Virus record (IMG/VR): IMGVR_UViG_3300003321_000927
Reading direction: 5' to 3' (one strand)
Source: a virus
DNA: 64,000 bases
Shown here one piece after another: positions 9,389 through 16,094 of the stretch (position 1 is the first letter of the stretch; each line of letters opens with the position of its first letter). A program made the translations under genes and the position numbers. Under the pieces are notes generated by a model. It was not told where the DNA came from. It worked only from the letters and a program-made list of their open reading frames with translations, and made no database searches.

Positions 9389-9846
9389 CACGCCGCCTCG
9401 GGGCGACGAACGATCCGCCACACTTGCATCGGGCGACGGTGATTTTGCGGCATCGCCGACTTCCGCATGACATCGTTCCCTGAAGCGTCCATAACCTTCT
9501 CGATGAATCCTTCCGCCGCCACACGTCGCGTGATAGGTCCCATCGCGCGTCGGTCGTGAGTTTCGTCAGCAACCCCCCAGGCCTCCATCGTCTCCCAGAC
9601 AGGGTCGGTGATGATCTGCGTGTAGACCGAGGTGCGCAGCACATGCATCCAGGCATCGTAAGCACACTTCTTCCAGGACTCATCCGCGTTGTCGTGGACC
9701 TGCTCGATCGCTTCTTCGCGAAGCCTGATCCCCTCACTTGCATCGAGCACGCGCTTCGCCTCTTCGTCACGGACCCACTGCGGTACAGGCGGGACCTTGA
9801 AATGAGTCTCTTCGGGCGGGAAGGAGCCTTCGACATCGGGGCTCAT
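9388..9846 (-). CDS. hypothetical protein (152 aa)
   Basis: GGAGGAGAGAGCA precedes the ATG at 9846. Confidence 0.45.
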   Translation of the reverse strand: MSPDVEGSFPPEETHFKVPPVPQWVRDEEAKRVLDASEGIRLREEAIEQVHDNADESWKKCAYDAWMHVLRTSVYTQIITDPVWETMEAWGVADETHDRRAMGPITRRVAAEGFIEKVMDASGNDVMRKSAMPQNHRRPMQVWRIVRRPEAA

Positions 9847-9986
9847 TGCTCTCTCCTCCAGGCGCGCCACTCGCGCTTAATCAGCGCCAGAGTCCAACGC
9901 CAGAGCTTGTAGTCGACCCAGCAGCCACCAACGAGGAACGTGATGGCGGCAAGCCAGACAGTCGTGTGGCCGAGGAACTCGATCAC
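9843..9986 (-). CDS. small membrane protein (47 aa)
   Basis: GTG at 9986 gives a GTGA overlap with the upstream stop, and its TGA overlaps the downstream ATG. Contains one hydrophobic helix. Not in the ORF track. Confidence 0.35.
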   Translation of the reverse strand: MIEFLGHTTVWLAAITFLVGGCWVDYKLWRWTLALIKREWRAWRREQ

Positions 9987-10234
9987 CGAGCGACCTTGAT
10001 GCCGGGCGTCGAGATGGAGATCGCCCTCGTCTTGAAGAAAGTCTCGATCGTCGTACTGAGCAGCTCGCTCAGCTCGCGCTCCCAGAAGCCGTTGTGGTCG
10101 AGGGTGTTGACCTTGTCGATCAGCTCATTGTCGACCGGGATGACCATGTAGCCCTTACCCTGCGGCGGCTCGTCGAGCGCCTCCAGGCCACGCCGTCCAT
10201 GACGAACGGTCTCCACGAAGATACGTCCAGCCAT
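9983..10234 (-). CDS. hypothetical protein (83 aa)
   Basis: ATG at 10234 overlaps the upstream stop (ATGA). Confidence 0.45.
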   Translation of the reverse strand: MAGRIFVETVRHGRRGLEALDEPPQGKGYMVIPVDNELIDKVNTLDHNGFWERELSELLSTTIETFFKTRAISISTPGIKVAR

Positions 10235-10431
10235 CACGCCCTCACTTTCTTCAGCTTCACACTGATCGGCTCCATCACGAACCACTCCGTCTCGCACTTG
10301 GGGCAGACGGACGGCAGGCGATCCTCACCGTCATCCCCTGGGTAGGGGATCCACTCGCCACAGACGCACTCCAGCTCGATCTCGCCCACACGCGTCTGAG
10401 CACGCGGCACCATGCGCGTGTAAGCGCTCAC
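10234..10431 (-). CDS. zinc-ribbon protein (CVCGEW...CPKCE)
   Basis: Two CxxC pairs in a 65-aa ORF. Confidence 0.4.
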   Translation of the reverse strand: MSAYTRMVPRAQTRVGEIELECVCGEWIPYPGDDGEDRLPSVCPKCETEWFVMEPISVKLKKVRA

Positions 10432-10495
10432 CGGAGAGCCGCCACGGCGAGGATGACCACGGCCACCACAGCAAGAACGAGTGCGACGTCGACCC

Positions 10496-10693
10496 TCACC
10501 ATGTCTGAATCACGACGTCGTCGCCGCAAGGGCAGCGGTAGACGGGGCACGCAGCTCCCCGGCGCTCGACTGTGAAAGGACCGCTGAAGACGAAGAGGAG
10601 CTGAGCGTCAACGAATCCGCACGAGCCGCAGCAGATGCGAACAGCGAATGGCGGACGCACCTCGGGCTCACCGCGTGCCTCATGCAGTGACAC
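10496..10693 (-). CDS. zinc-ribbon protein (CCGSCG...CPCGDD)
   Basis: 65-aa ORF with Cys pairs. Confidence 0.4.
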   Translation of the reverse strand: MSLHEARGEPEVRPPFAVRICCGSCGFVDAQLLFVFSGPFTVERRGAACPVYRCPCGDDVVIQTW

Positions 10694-10694
10694 G

Positions 10695-10901
10695 TCACCG
10701 CTCGTCCTCGGCCTCGTTCTGGTTGGCCGACAGCAGCATCGCGCTGATTGCTGTCTGGCTGAGGAGGAGAGCGCCCACCGCGACGATGGACGCGTTCGTC
10801 TGCAGGCAGGAGAAGAGGATCACGGCACCCCAGAAGGGCATCGAGGCCCACTTCATCAGCGCAAGGCAGATGCATATACGAACGAGCGTCCAAACGTTCA
10901 T
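10695..10901 (-). CDS. small membrane protein (68 aa, 2 TM)
   Basis: Hydrophobic ORF directly upstream of the phosphoesterase stop/start junction. Confidence 0.4.
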   Translation of the reverse strand: MNVWTLVRICICLALMKWASMPFWGAVILFSCLQTNASIVAVGALLLSQTAISAMLLSANQNEAEDER

Positions 10902-11630
10902 TCAAACCTCCAGGGAGATGATCTTTTCGATGCGGCCGTCATCGTCGAGCCAGACTCCGGAAGGGCGACCGCCACCCTTACAGCCGGTATCGATGTTCAA
11001 GGTGAAGGTGCCATCCTGACGCTCGTACAGGACGGGCCCCTCAGGCATGGGCGTATGGCCGACGACCTGGGAGAAGCGCTTGTTCTTCTTCTCGCTACGG
11101 AAGTCCGACCAGAGGATGCCGCCCACTTCCGCGCGGCCACCGCGCGCCCAGCCGATGGCGTCGAGCACATAGTTTCGCCAGTTCGGATACTCCTGCCACG
11201 CTTTCTCGATCGCGAGGTAGGCCTCCTCGGCAGTCCAATCGCCGGTAAAGGCCCAGCCAGCGTGAGAGAGAAGCGTCTCCCCGACCAGGAGCGCGGGCAC
11301 CACGAACCCAGAGCGGCGCCAGGCGTTGTACTGGGAGCGCAGCGGCGGGTGGCCGTAATAGCCAGAGAAGGTCGCGGTGTCGTGGAGGTAGGGCCACTCG
11401 TGGTTGCCGACGATCAGATGGTCGAACCACTTGGGCGCGACGTGCGCGCACATCTCGTCGCCGGTCACATCTTCGAGCACGGCGTTGAGCAGATCGCCGA
11501 TTGAGACGATCGTCGTCGTCTCGCCCAGCTCTGTTAGCTCCTCGGTGTCCCCGACAAGCCCTTCCTGGTTCAGAAGGGCCCACAGAGCAGCAACGTTGCC
11601 ATGGATGTCGGAAACGACGAACGTGCTCAT
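10902..11630 (-). CDS. calcineurin-like metallophosphoesterase (lambda-phosphatase-like)
   Basis: Motifs DIHGN, GDLLN and GNHEW in the canonical order of the phosphoprotein phosphatase family. Confidence 0.75.
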   Translation of the reverse strand: MSTFVVSDIHGNVAALWALLNQEGLVGDTEELTELGETTTIVSIGDLLNAVLEDVTGDEMCAHVAPKWFDHLIVGNHEWPYLHDTATFSGYYGHPPLRSQYNAWRRSGFVVPALLVGETLLSHAGWAFTGDWTAEEAYLAIEKAWQEYPNWRNYVLDAIGWARGGRAEVGGILWSDFRSEKKNKRFSQVVGHTPMPEGPVLYERQDGTFTLNIDTGCKGGGRPSGVWLDDDGRIEKIISLEV

Positions 11631-11801
11631 TCAGGTTCCCAGCTCGATCTCCAGCGTCTCTGGACGTCCCATGGCAACCCAAAGGCCGTGGGCCATGTAG
11701 AGCTGCGTGTCGCTCTCCTGATCGCTGAACCACGCCTGATCGGGTGGGTCGCTGCAGTGGACGTGGTCGTTCTCGAAGCGCAGCGTGATCTCGACCCGCA
11801 T
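11631..11801 (-). CDS. small hypothetical protein (56 aa)
   Basis: ATGA overlap with the upstream stop at 11801. Translates as MRVEITLRFENDHVHCSD...ELGT. Not in the ORF track. Confidence 0.3.
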   Translation of the reverse strand: MRVEITLRFENDHVHCSDPPDQAWFSDQESDTQLYMAHGLWVAMGRPETLEIELGT

Positions 11802-11995
11802 CAGACGCCGTCCCGATCGAGCTTCTCCTCGATCGCCTCTCGGGCGATCTCGGTCATCGCGACCTTGCGGCCCTCCTCCTCGGAGCGGATGTTCGAGGCG
11901 CGCAGCAGCCGGTCGTACAGGCCCGGTTGCTCTAGGCGCACGACGAACTGGCGCAAGCGTGTCGCGACCGCGATCGTCTGCTGCTTTACTGCCAT
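11801..11995 (-). CDS. small DNA-binding-like protein (64 aa; possible ribbon-helix-helix)
   Basis: ATG at 11995. The N-terminal beta-strand-like segment MAVKQQTIAVATRLRQ is followed by helices. It sits divergent to a + gene across a palindrome. Confidence 0.4.
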   Translation of the reverse strand: MAVKQQTIAVATRLRQFVVRLEQPGLYDRLLRASNIRSEEEGRKVAMTEIAREAIEEKLDRDGV

Positions 11996-12033
11996 GCTTC
12001 CATAACAGTACGAATGTCGTCGGACGACATTGC

Positions 12034-12048
12034 TAGCCTTGAAGGCTA
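12034..12048. promoter_or_regulatory. perfect 7-1-7 palindrome TAGCCTT-G-AAGGCTA between divergent genes (candidate operator)
   Basis: Read directly from the sequence. It overlaps the ATG and RBS of the + gene and lies 39 nt from the start of the - gene. Confidence 0.35.
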
Positions 12049-12389
12049 TGGAGAGGACAGTTGCAGATCGCCGCCGCTGGGTGTTGATCGACACGGCACG
12101 CGAGGGAGAGAACGCGCTCTACATCGCCTCGACCGTCTCCGACCTCGGCTTGGAGATGAATCGCCTCACAGCCCTCGTCGAACAGCACGGGATGATCGAG
12201 GAGATCGAGCTGCTCTCGCGCAAGGACAGGCGGATCATCTTCCGCTCCGGAGGCGTCGTCCAGTTCGTGCTCCGAGACGACGTGAGCAAGAGGACGCACG
12301 GTGCAAAGTTCGCCGTCGCAACGTCGACATCGGCGCTCAGCTACTGGGACCGCCGCGACGTGCGTACTACCGGCGCTCACTTCATCTGA
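12048..12389 (+). CDS. hypothetical protein (113 aa)
   Basis: ATG at 12048 preceded by GAAGG. The ORF runs up to the tRNA array. Confidence 0.45.
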   Translation: MERTVADRRRWVLIDTAREGENALYIASTVSDLGLEMNRLTALVEQHGMIEEIELLSRKDRRIIFRSGGVVQFVLRDDVSKRTHGAKFAVATSTSALSYWDRRDVRTTGAHFI

Positions 12390-12431
12390 GCTTGCCTTCG
12401 TCACGATCGCCGTCTAAACTGAGGCGCTCGC

Positions 12432-12505
12432 GGATCCCTAGCTCAGCCCGGTAGAGCGTCGGCTTGAAACACCGAAGGTCGCTGGTTCGACCCCAGCGGG
12501 ATCCA
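12432..12505 (+). tRNA. tRNA-Phe: tRNA-Phe (anticodon GAA)
   Basis: Hand-folded cloverleaf. Acceptor GGATCCC/GGGATCC, D-arm TAGCTCAGCCCGGTAGAGC, loop TTGAAAC, T-arm GCTGG-TTCGACC-CCAGC. Confidence 0.75.
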
Positions 12506-12508
12506 TCC

Positions 12509-12581
12509 GGACAGGTAGCTCAGTTGGGAGAGCGGCGGTCTGATAAGCCGCAGGTCGGAGGTTCAAATCCTTCTCTGTCCA
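12509..12581 (+). tRNA. tRNA-Ile: tRNA-Ile (anticodon GAT)
   Basis: Acceptor GGACAGG/TCTGTCC, anticodon loop CTGATAA, T-loop TTCAAAT. Confidence 0.75.
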
Positions 12582-12594
12582 CTGCAGTACGCGT

Positions 12595-12666
12595 GCCCGC
12601 GCAGCTCAACTGGTAGAGCACCGGCGTCGTAACCCGGAGGAAGGCGTTCGAGTCGTCTCGTGGGCT
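12595..12666 (+). tRNA. tRNA-Thr: tRNA-Thr (anticodon CGT), unusual G32
   Basis: Acceptor GCCCGCG/CGTGGGC, anticodon loop GTCGTAA, T-arm AGGCG-TTCGAGT-CGTCT. Confidence 0.6.
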
Positions 12667-12731
12667 CTTGGAGGGTGAGATGAGTCGCGACGGCATCGCG
12701 GCGGGTTCGACTCCCTGTAAGAGACACGCTC

Positions 12732-12804
12732 ATCCTCCTACGGGTCGCTAGCTTAATGGTCAGAGCGGTGGACTCTTAATCCATCAGGTCTCCGTTCGAG
12801 TCGG
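12732..12804 (+). tRNA. tRNA-Lys: tRNA-Lys (anticodon CTT)
   Basis: Acceptor GGGTCGC/GCGGCCC, anticodon loop CTCTTAA, T-arm CTCCG-TTCGAGT-CGGAG. Confidence 0.75.
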
Positions 12805-12808
12805 AGGC

Positions 12809-12881
12809 GGCCCTTTACGTCGACGTGGCCGAGGTGGTCAAGGCGCTCCGCTGCAAACGGAGAGATGTCGGCTCGACTCCG
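12809..12881 (+). tRNA. tRNA-Cys: tRNA-Cys (anticodon GCA), 1-72 mismatch
   Basis: Anticodon arm CTCCG-CTGCAAA-CGGAG is perfect. T-arm GTCGG-CTCGACT-CCGAC. The acceptor has a G1-A72 mismatch. Confidence 0.55.
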
Positions 12882-12903
12882 ACCGTCGGACTCTGGTACG
12901 TTC

Positions 12904-12976
12904 CGTCCGCCCTGCTCTCGTCAGCTAGTGGCCTAGGCTGCCTCCCTGTCGAGGAGGTCACGCGCGTTCAAATCGC
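12904..12976 (+). tRNA. tRNA-Asp: tRNA-Asp (anticodon GTC)
   Basis: Acceptor GCTCTCG/CGAGAGC perfect. Anticodon arm CCTCC-CTGTCGA-GGAGG. T-loop TTCAAAT. Confidence 0.8.
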
Positions 12977-12997
12977 GTCGAGAGCGTCGTCCGATAC

Positions 12998-13023
12998 GGG
13001 CACGAGACTCCTGTCTCGTGCCC
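12998..13023 (+). terminator. 11-bp perfect hairpin GGGCACGAGAC-TCCT-GTCTCGTGCCC after tRNA-Asp, overlapping the HNH start
   Basis: Inverted repeat read directly from the sequence. No T-tract follows, so this is a terminator-like or translational-occlusion structure. Confidence 0.35.
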
Positions 13024-13407
13024 TATGCGGATCCAGAGGCGCAGCGGCGATACCAGCGCGAGTGGGCGGCCAGCCGAAGGCGCGAGTACGTCGATGGGCA
13101 GGTCTGCGCGAAGTGTGGCAGTGACGAGCGACTCGAACTGCATCACCTCGACAAGACTACGAAGGTAAGCCACCGAATCTGGACGTGGTCGCGCGACCGT
13201 ATCGAGGCAGAGCTGGCGAAGTGCGAGTGGTGGTGTCGTAACTGCCACGAGAAGCACCATGCTGCAGAACAGCGCTACGACTGGGATGTGTGCGGGACGC
13301 GCGTCGGGTACAACAAACGTGGGTGTCGCTGTGAGAGATGTAAGCGGTGGCGCCGAGACGATGGCCGCGCATACCGCGCTCGGCAGCTTGACGCCGTCGC
13401 CGCCTAG
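13018..13407 (+). CDS. HNH endonuclease inserted in the tRNA array
   Basis: CAKCGS...LELHHLDKTTK...CRNCHEKHH, an HNH core with a zinc-binding Cys4. Confidence 0.7.
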   Translation: MPYADPEAQRRYQREWAASRRREYVDGQVCAKCGSDERLELHHLDKTTKVSHRIWTWSRDRIEAELAKCEWWCRNCHEKHHAAEQRYDWDVCGTRVGYNKRGCRCERCKRWRRDDGRAYRARQLDAVAA

Positions 13408-13427
13408 CACTACCCTGAGTCACTCGA

Positions 13428-13500
13428 TCGCGAGTAGCTCAATCGGTGGAGCGGCTCCCTGTTAAGGAGAAGGTTCCAGGTTCGACCCCTGGCTCGCGAG
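13428..13500 (+). tRNA. tRNA-Asn: tRNA-Asn (anticodon GTT)
   Basis: Acceptor TCGCGAG/CTCGCGA perfect. Anticodon loop CTGTTAA. T-arm CCAGG-TTCGACC-CCTGG. Confidence 0.75.
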
Positions 13501-13513
13501 CTTGAAGTAGCAC

Positions 13514-13586
13514 GGGCGTCTAGCTCATGTGGTAGAGCATCTGCCTTGCAAGCAGAGGGTGCGCGGTTCAAGTCCGCGGACGTCCA
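13514..13586 (+). tRNA. tRNA-Ala: tRNA-Ala (anticodon TGC)
   Basis: Acceptor GGGCGTC/GACGTCC. Anticodon arm TCTGC-CTTGCAA-GCAGA. T-arm CGCGG-TTCAAGT-CCGCG. Confidence 0.8.
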
Positions 13587-13659
13587 TGGCCGGTAGCTCA
13601 GTCGGTAGAGCGTCCGTATCACAAGCGGAAGGTCGCTGGTTCGAGCCCAGCGCGGCCAA
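13587..13659 (+). tRNA. tRNA-Val: tRNA-Val (anticodon CAC)
   Basis: Anticodon loop ATCACAA. T-arm GCTGG-TTCGAGC-CCAGC. Zero spacer to tRNA-Ala. One G-G mismatch at 7-66. Confidence 0.65.
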
Positions 13660-13665
13660 TTGCAC

Positions 13666-13737
13666 GAGCCTCTAGCTCAGCGGTAGAGCGCCTGCCCGAC
13701 ATGCAGGAGGCCCCTGGTTCGAGCCCAGGGAGGCTCA
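13666..13737 (+). tRNA. tRNA with anticodon loop CCGACAT (reads as GAC/Val, but with C33); identity uncertain
   Basis: Acceptor GAGCCTC/GAGGCTC, anticodon stem CCTGC/GCAGG and T-arm CCTGG-TTCGAGC-CCAGG are all perfect. The loop is noncanonical. Confidence 0.55.
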
Positions 13738-13738
13738 C

Positions 13739-13810
13739 TCCGAGGTAGCTCAGCGGAAGAGCGGACGCGTCCTAAGCGTACGGTCGCTGGTTCGAGTCCA
13801 GCTCTCGGAG
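13739..13810 (+). tRNA. tRNA-Arg: tRNA-Arg (anticodon CCT), G32
   Basis: Acceptor TCCGAGG/TCTCGGA. Loop GTCCTAA. T-arm GCTGG-TTCGAGT-CCAGC. Confidence 0.65.
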
Positions 13811-13882
13811 CTTCTGCAGGGCGAGAGAGGAGCCGCGGACGCAACGTAGGGTCGGGCCAGCCGCTTTAGCCCTGCAGATCAT

Positions 13883-13951
13883 GGGTCGGCCACTGGGTGG
13901 CGCTGGGTCTCCAAAGCCCGGTCGGGGTGCGTTCGAATCGTCCACGGCCCG
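13883..13951 (+). tRNA. possible degenerate tRNA-Trp-like element (loop CTCCAAA, T-loop TTCGAAT)
   Basis: T-loop and anticodon-loop signatures are present, but the D-arm and T-stem pair poorly. It lies just upstream of the CPR-like gene. Confidence 0.25.
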
Positions 13952-14248
13952 TTGAAGCTCTGGGTCGACGATGAGCGCCAGGCGCCCTGGGGATGGGTTC
14001 GCGCCGACACGTTCTGGGTCGCCTACGCGTGGATCTGGGCGGAGTGGCCGAGGCTCACCGAGATCTCGCTCGACCATGACCTCGGCGGCGAGAAGACCGG
14101 CTACGACCTGCTCGTGAAGATCGAGGAGGCAGTCGCCAGCGGCGCCGAGCGGGGCTTCGAGATCCATGTCCACACGGCGAACCCTGTCGGCCGGAAGAAC
14201 ATGCTCGCGGCCATCGCGTCGATCGAGCGTCTCGAAGCGAATCGTTGA
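13952..14248 (+). CDS. small protein with LWVDDER N-terminus (CPR / receiver-like domain family seen in phage RNA-repair neighbourhoods)
   Basis: MKLWVDDERQAPWGW...ISLDHDLGGEKTGYDL...EIHVHTANPVGR. The TTG start sits inside the tRNA array. Confidence 0.5.
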   Translation: MKLWVDDERQAPWGWVRADTFWVAYAWIWAEWPRLTEISLDHDLGGEKTGYDLLVKIEEAVASGAERGFEIHVHTANPVGRKNMLAAIASIERLEANR

Positions 14249-14285
14249 CTTCGTCCGACGGTCACGCTACAGTCCGGACTCGCAT

Positions 14286-14358
14286 TGCGGAGTGGAGCAG
14301 TTGGCAGCTCGCCAGGCTCATAACCTGGAGGTCGTGGGTTCAAGTCCCACCTCCGCGA
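14286..14358 (+). tRNA. tRNA-Met: tRNA-Met (anticodon CAT; elongator-type, or could be Ile-lysidine)
   Basis: Anticodon arm CCAGG-CTCATAA-CCTGG. T-arm GTGGG-TTCAAGT-CCCAC. Acceptor TGCGGAG/CTCCGCG. Confidence 0.75.
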
Positions 14359-14429
14359 CTGAAATGAAGTACGCACTGCAGCAGCCGCAGGAACATCACC
14401 AGCCCCGCTAGGGGCTTCGTGTGCTGCGC

Positions 14430-14501
14430 TGCAGGGTCGACTAATCGGTAGGTCATGCGACTCTGGATCGTAGGGTGAGGGTTCGAATCCTTCCCCTGCA
14501 G
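14430..14501 (+). tRNA. tRNA-Gln: tRNA-Gln (anticodon CTG)
   Basis: Acceptor TGCAGGG/CCCTGCA. Loop CTCTGGA. T-loop TTCGAAT. Confidence 0.7.
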
Positions 14502-14528
14502 CGGAGCACAAGAGGCTGGCTCCGACTC

Positions 14529-14599
14529 CTGAGCGTGGCATAACGGTAGCGCGCCTGGTTTGGGACCAGGAGGTGGAGGTTCAATTCCTCCCGCTCAGA
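14529..14599 (+). tRNA. tRNA-Pro: tRNA-Pro (anticodon TGG)
   Basis: Acceptor CTGAGCG/CGCTCAG. Anticodon arm CCTGG-TTTGGGA-CCAGG. T-arm GGAGG-TTCAATT-CCTCC. Confidence 0.65.
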
Positions 14600-14607
14600 T
14601 CCAACAT

Positions 14608-14679
14608 GGCACCGTAGTCTAGAGGTCTGGACGCCCGGCTCTCAACCGGGAGGCGAGGGATCGTTCCCCTCCGGTGCTA
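14608..14679 (+). tRNA. tRNA-Glu: tRNA-Glu (anticodon CTC), atypical T-loop ATCGTTC
   Basis: Acceptor GGCACCG/CGGTGCT. Anticodon arm CCCGG-CTCTCAA-CCGGG. T-stem GAGGG/CCCTC. Confidence 0.6.
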
Positions 14680-14681
14680 CT

Positions 14682-14755
14682 GCGAGAGGGTCGCCGTTGG
14701 TGGCGATGCTGGGATGTGACCCCAGTGGCCGCGGGTTCAATTCCCGTCTCTCGCC
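14682..14755 (+). tRNA. tRNA-His: tRNA-His (anticodon GTG)
   Basis: Acceptor GCGAGAG/CTCTCGC. Anticodon arm CTGGG-ATGTGAC-CCCAG. T-loop TTCAATT. Confidence 0.6.
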
Positions 14756-14811
14756 TGGTATAGTCAGCTCCGAGCCTAGCGGCGCCGGAGGCGCTGGCAG
14801 GCCTCCAGTGT

Positions 14812-14884
14812 GCGGGTGTAGCTCAATCGGTAGAGCACCGGCTTGCCAAGTCGGAGGTTGTGGGATCATGGCCCACCACTCGCT
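14812..14884 (+). tRNA. tRNA-Gly: tRNA-Gly (anticodon GCC), atypical T-loop ATCATGG
   Basis: Acceptor GCGGGTG/CACTCGC. Loop TTGCCAA. T-stem GTGGG/CCCAC. Confidence 0.65.
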
Positions 14885-14890
14885 TCTCAC

Positions 14891-14963
14891 GCGGACGTAG
14901 CTCAGTCGGTAGAGCAGGGCGCTTCCAACGCCAAGGTCGCGGGATCGTAGCCCGCCGTCCGCT
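14891..14963 (+). tRNA. tRNA-Gly: tRNA-Gly (anticodon TCC), atypical T-loop ATCGTAG
   Basis: Acceptor GCGGACG/CGTCCGC perfect. Loop CTTCCAA. T-stem GCGGG/CCCGC. Confidence 0.65.
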
Positions 14964-14975
14964 TCGCGATGGTGC

Positions 14976-15281
14976 ATGGCGACTGAGACTCATATCGCTG
15001 GGCTTCAGCTCAACATCGGCGAGCGCTACCTCGTACAGCGCTGCGCCTGGTGCGGCGCCGTGCTCCTGCACTACGACGCGACGCGTATCGCCGTCGCCGG
15101 AGAGTGGCAGCCCCCGAGCCTGTTTCCGGTCGGCCAGCTCGTCCGCTGCACGTACGACGGAGTCGCGCGCTGGGGCGAGATCGCTCTCAGTCGGACGATG
15201 ATGGTTGTGCTCGACGACGAGAAGATGCCGGACGATGCGTGCCCGCTGAATTTGACGTATGACGTCGTCTTCGATCGCTAG
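14976..15281 (+). CDS. hypothetical protein (101 aa) embedded in the tRNA array
   Basis: ATG at 14976. Coding-like, containing CAWCG...C. Confidence 0.4.
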   Translation: MATETHIAGLQLNIGERYLVQRCAWCGAVLLHYDATRIAVAGEWQPPSLFPVGQLVRCTYDGVARWGEIALSRTMMVVLDDEKMPDDACPLNLTYDVVFDR

Positions 15282-15326
15282 AGTGGGTGACGTGGCACAG
15301 TGCCGCTCATCGAGTACGTCCGAATA

Positions 15327-15344
15327 GCCCGCGTTCGCGCGGGC
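15327..15344 (+). terminator. hairpin GCCCGCG-TTCG-CGCGGGC downstream of the 101-aa ORF
   Basis: 7-bp GC stem with a TTCG tetraloop, read directly. No U-tract follows. Confidence 0.3.
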
Positions 15345-15357
15345 CTCGTCGACGTCT

Positions 15358-15445
15358 GGATGGGTAAGCCGAGTTGGTCTACCGGCCGCTGTCTCGAAAA
15401 CAGTTGGGTGTCGCAGCCGTGGGGGTTCGAGTCCCTCCCCATCCG
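15358..15445 (+). tRNA. tRNA-Ser: tRNA-Ser (anticodon CGA), long variable arm
   Basis: Acceptor GGATGGG/CCCATCC perfect. Loop CTCGAAA. T-arm GGGGG-TTCGAGT-CCCTC. 88 nt. Confidence 0.75.
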
Positions 15446-15452
15446 CTCACAA

Positions 15453-15536
15453 GGAAGCGATCCGGCTGGATGAGGGGCCTCGTTGCTAGCGAGGTAGGTG
15501 CTTTGCGCCGTGCGCGTTCGAGTCGCGCCGCTTCCG
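15453..15536 (+). tRNA. tRNA-Ser: tRNA-Ser (anticodon GCT), long variable arm
   Basis: Acceptor GGAAGCG/CGCTTCC perfect. Anticodon arm CCTCG-TTGCTAG-CGAGG. T-arm GCGCG-TTCGAGT-CGCGC. Confidence 0.7.
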
Positions 15537-15917
15537 TTACCATCTTCGGGATGCCGCTGATCGAACGGACACTCTCCGACGGCCGAGTGCTCACGGTGGA
15601 GCGACGGCTCTACAACACGCTGCTCACGGTCTCGACGCCGAACGAGTATCCCTACACCTGGTCTCTCGGCTACTGATACGAGCGACCGGAGGACGCCGTG
15701 CGCGTCTGCGAGGAATGGAATGGAGAAGGCGAGCCCGATGGCTGGCACCGCGCCTACGACGGCTCCCATCGTCGGCGGCCGGGTGGAGACGCAAGCCGCG
15801 AGTACATCGAGCCTTGACTCCGTCCGCGCCGTGTGGCACGATGCCGTTCGGCATGATGCGCCAGTTCTTGTATCTGTGCCTTAGCTAGCCCGGCCGGTCG
15901 GCTGGGCCTCATTCGCT

Positions 15918-16003
15918 GGGCGCGTGACGGAACTGGATAACGTAGCGGGCTGTAACCTCGCTGTCCTGGCTAACAGGTGGTCGTTCGAATCGACCCGCGC
16001 CCA
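15918..16003 (+). tRNA. tRNA-Tyr: tRNA-Tyr (anticodon GTA), long variable arm
   Basis: Acceptor GGGCGCG/CGCGCCC perfect. Loop CTGTAAC. T-arm GGTCG-TTCGAAT-CGACC perfect. Confidence 0.7.
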
Positions 16004-16009
16004 TCACCT

Positions 16010-16094
16010 CCCGAGGTGGTGAAATCTGGCGAGACACACCGGTCTCAGAAACCGGCGGCTTCGGGCCATGAGGGTTCGACTCCCTCCCTCGGGA
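16010..16094 (+). tRNA. tRNA-Leu: tRNA-Leu (anticodon CAG), long variable arm
   Basis: Acceptor CCCGAGG/CCTCGGG. Anticodon arm CCGGT-CTCAGAA-ACCGG. T-arm GAGGG-TTCGACT-CCCTC. Confidence 0.7.

Noticed and set aside
8700-9836. 378-aa ORF on the - strand spanning three smaller genes.
   Set aside because: Its N-terminal two thirds have Arg/Ser/Pro-rich antisense-like composition. They overlap better-looking genes in other frames (9194-9388, 9388-9846). Only the C-terminal Cys-rich part was kept.
12667-12730. tRNA-like element with a perfect GGTTCGACTCC T-loop motif.
   Set aside because: No acceptor or D-arm pairing could be built. It is probably a decayed tRNA remnant, so it is not called as a gene.
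12825-13124. 99-aa + ORF overlapping tRNA-Cys, tRNA-Asp and the HNH start.
   Set aside because: Well-formed tRNAs occupy the same DNA, and the ORF's composition is poor. The HNH gene starts at 13018 in another frame.
15374-15676. 100-aa + ORF across tRNA-Ser(CGA) and tRNA-Ser(GCT).
   Set aside because: It runs through two strong tRNA cloverleafs. Only its last 40 codons (from about 15551) could be a real peptide, and that is unsupported.
15698-15817. 39-codon ORF with an excellent GGAGGA RBS (VRVCEEWNGEGEPDGWHRAYDG...).
   Set aside because: It is very short. It could be a leader peptide or the remnant N-terminus of a disrupted gene. There is insufficient evidence to call it.
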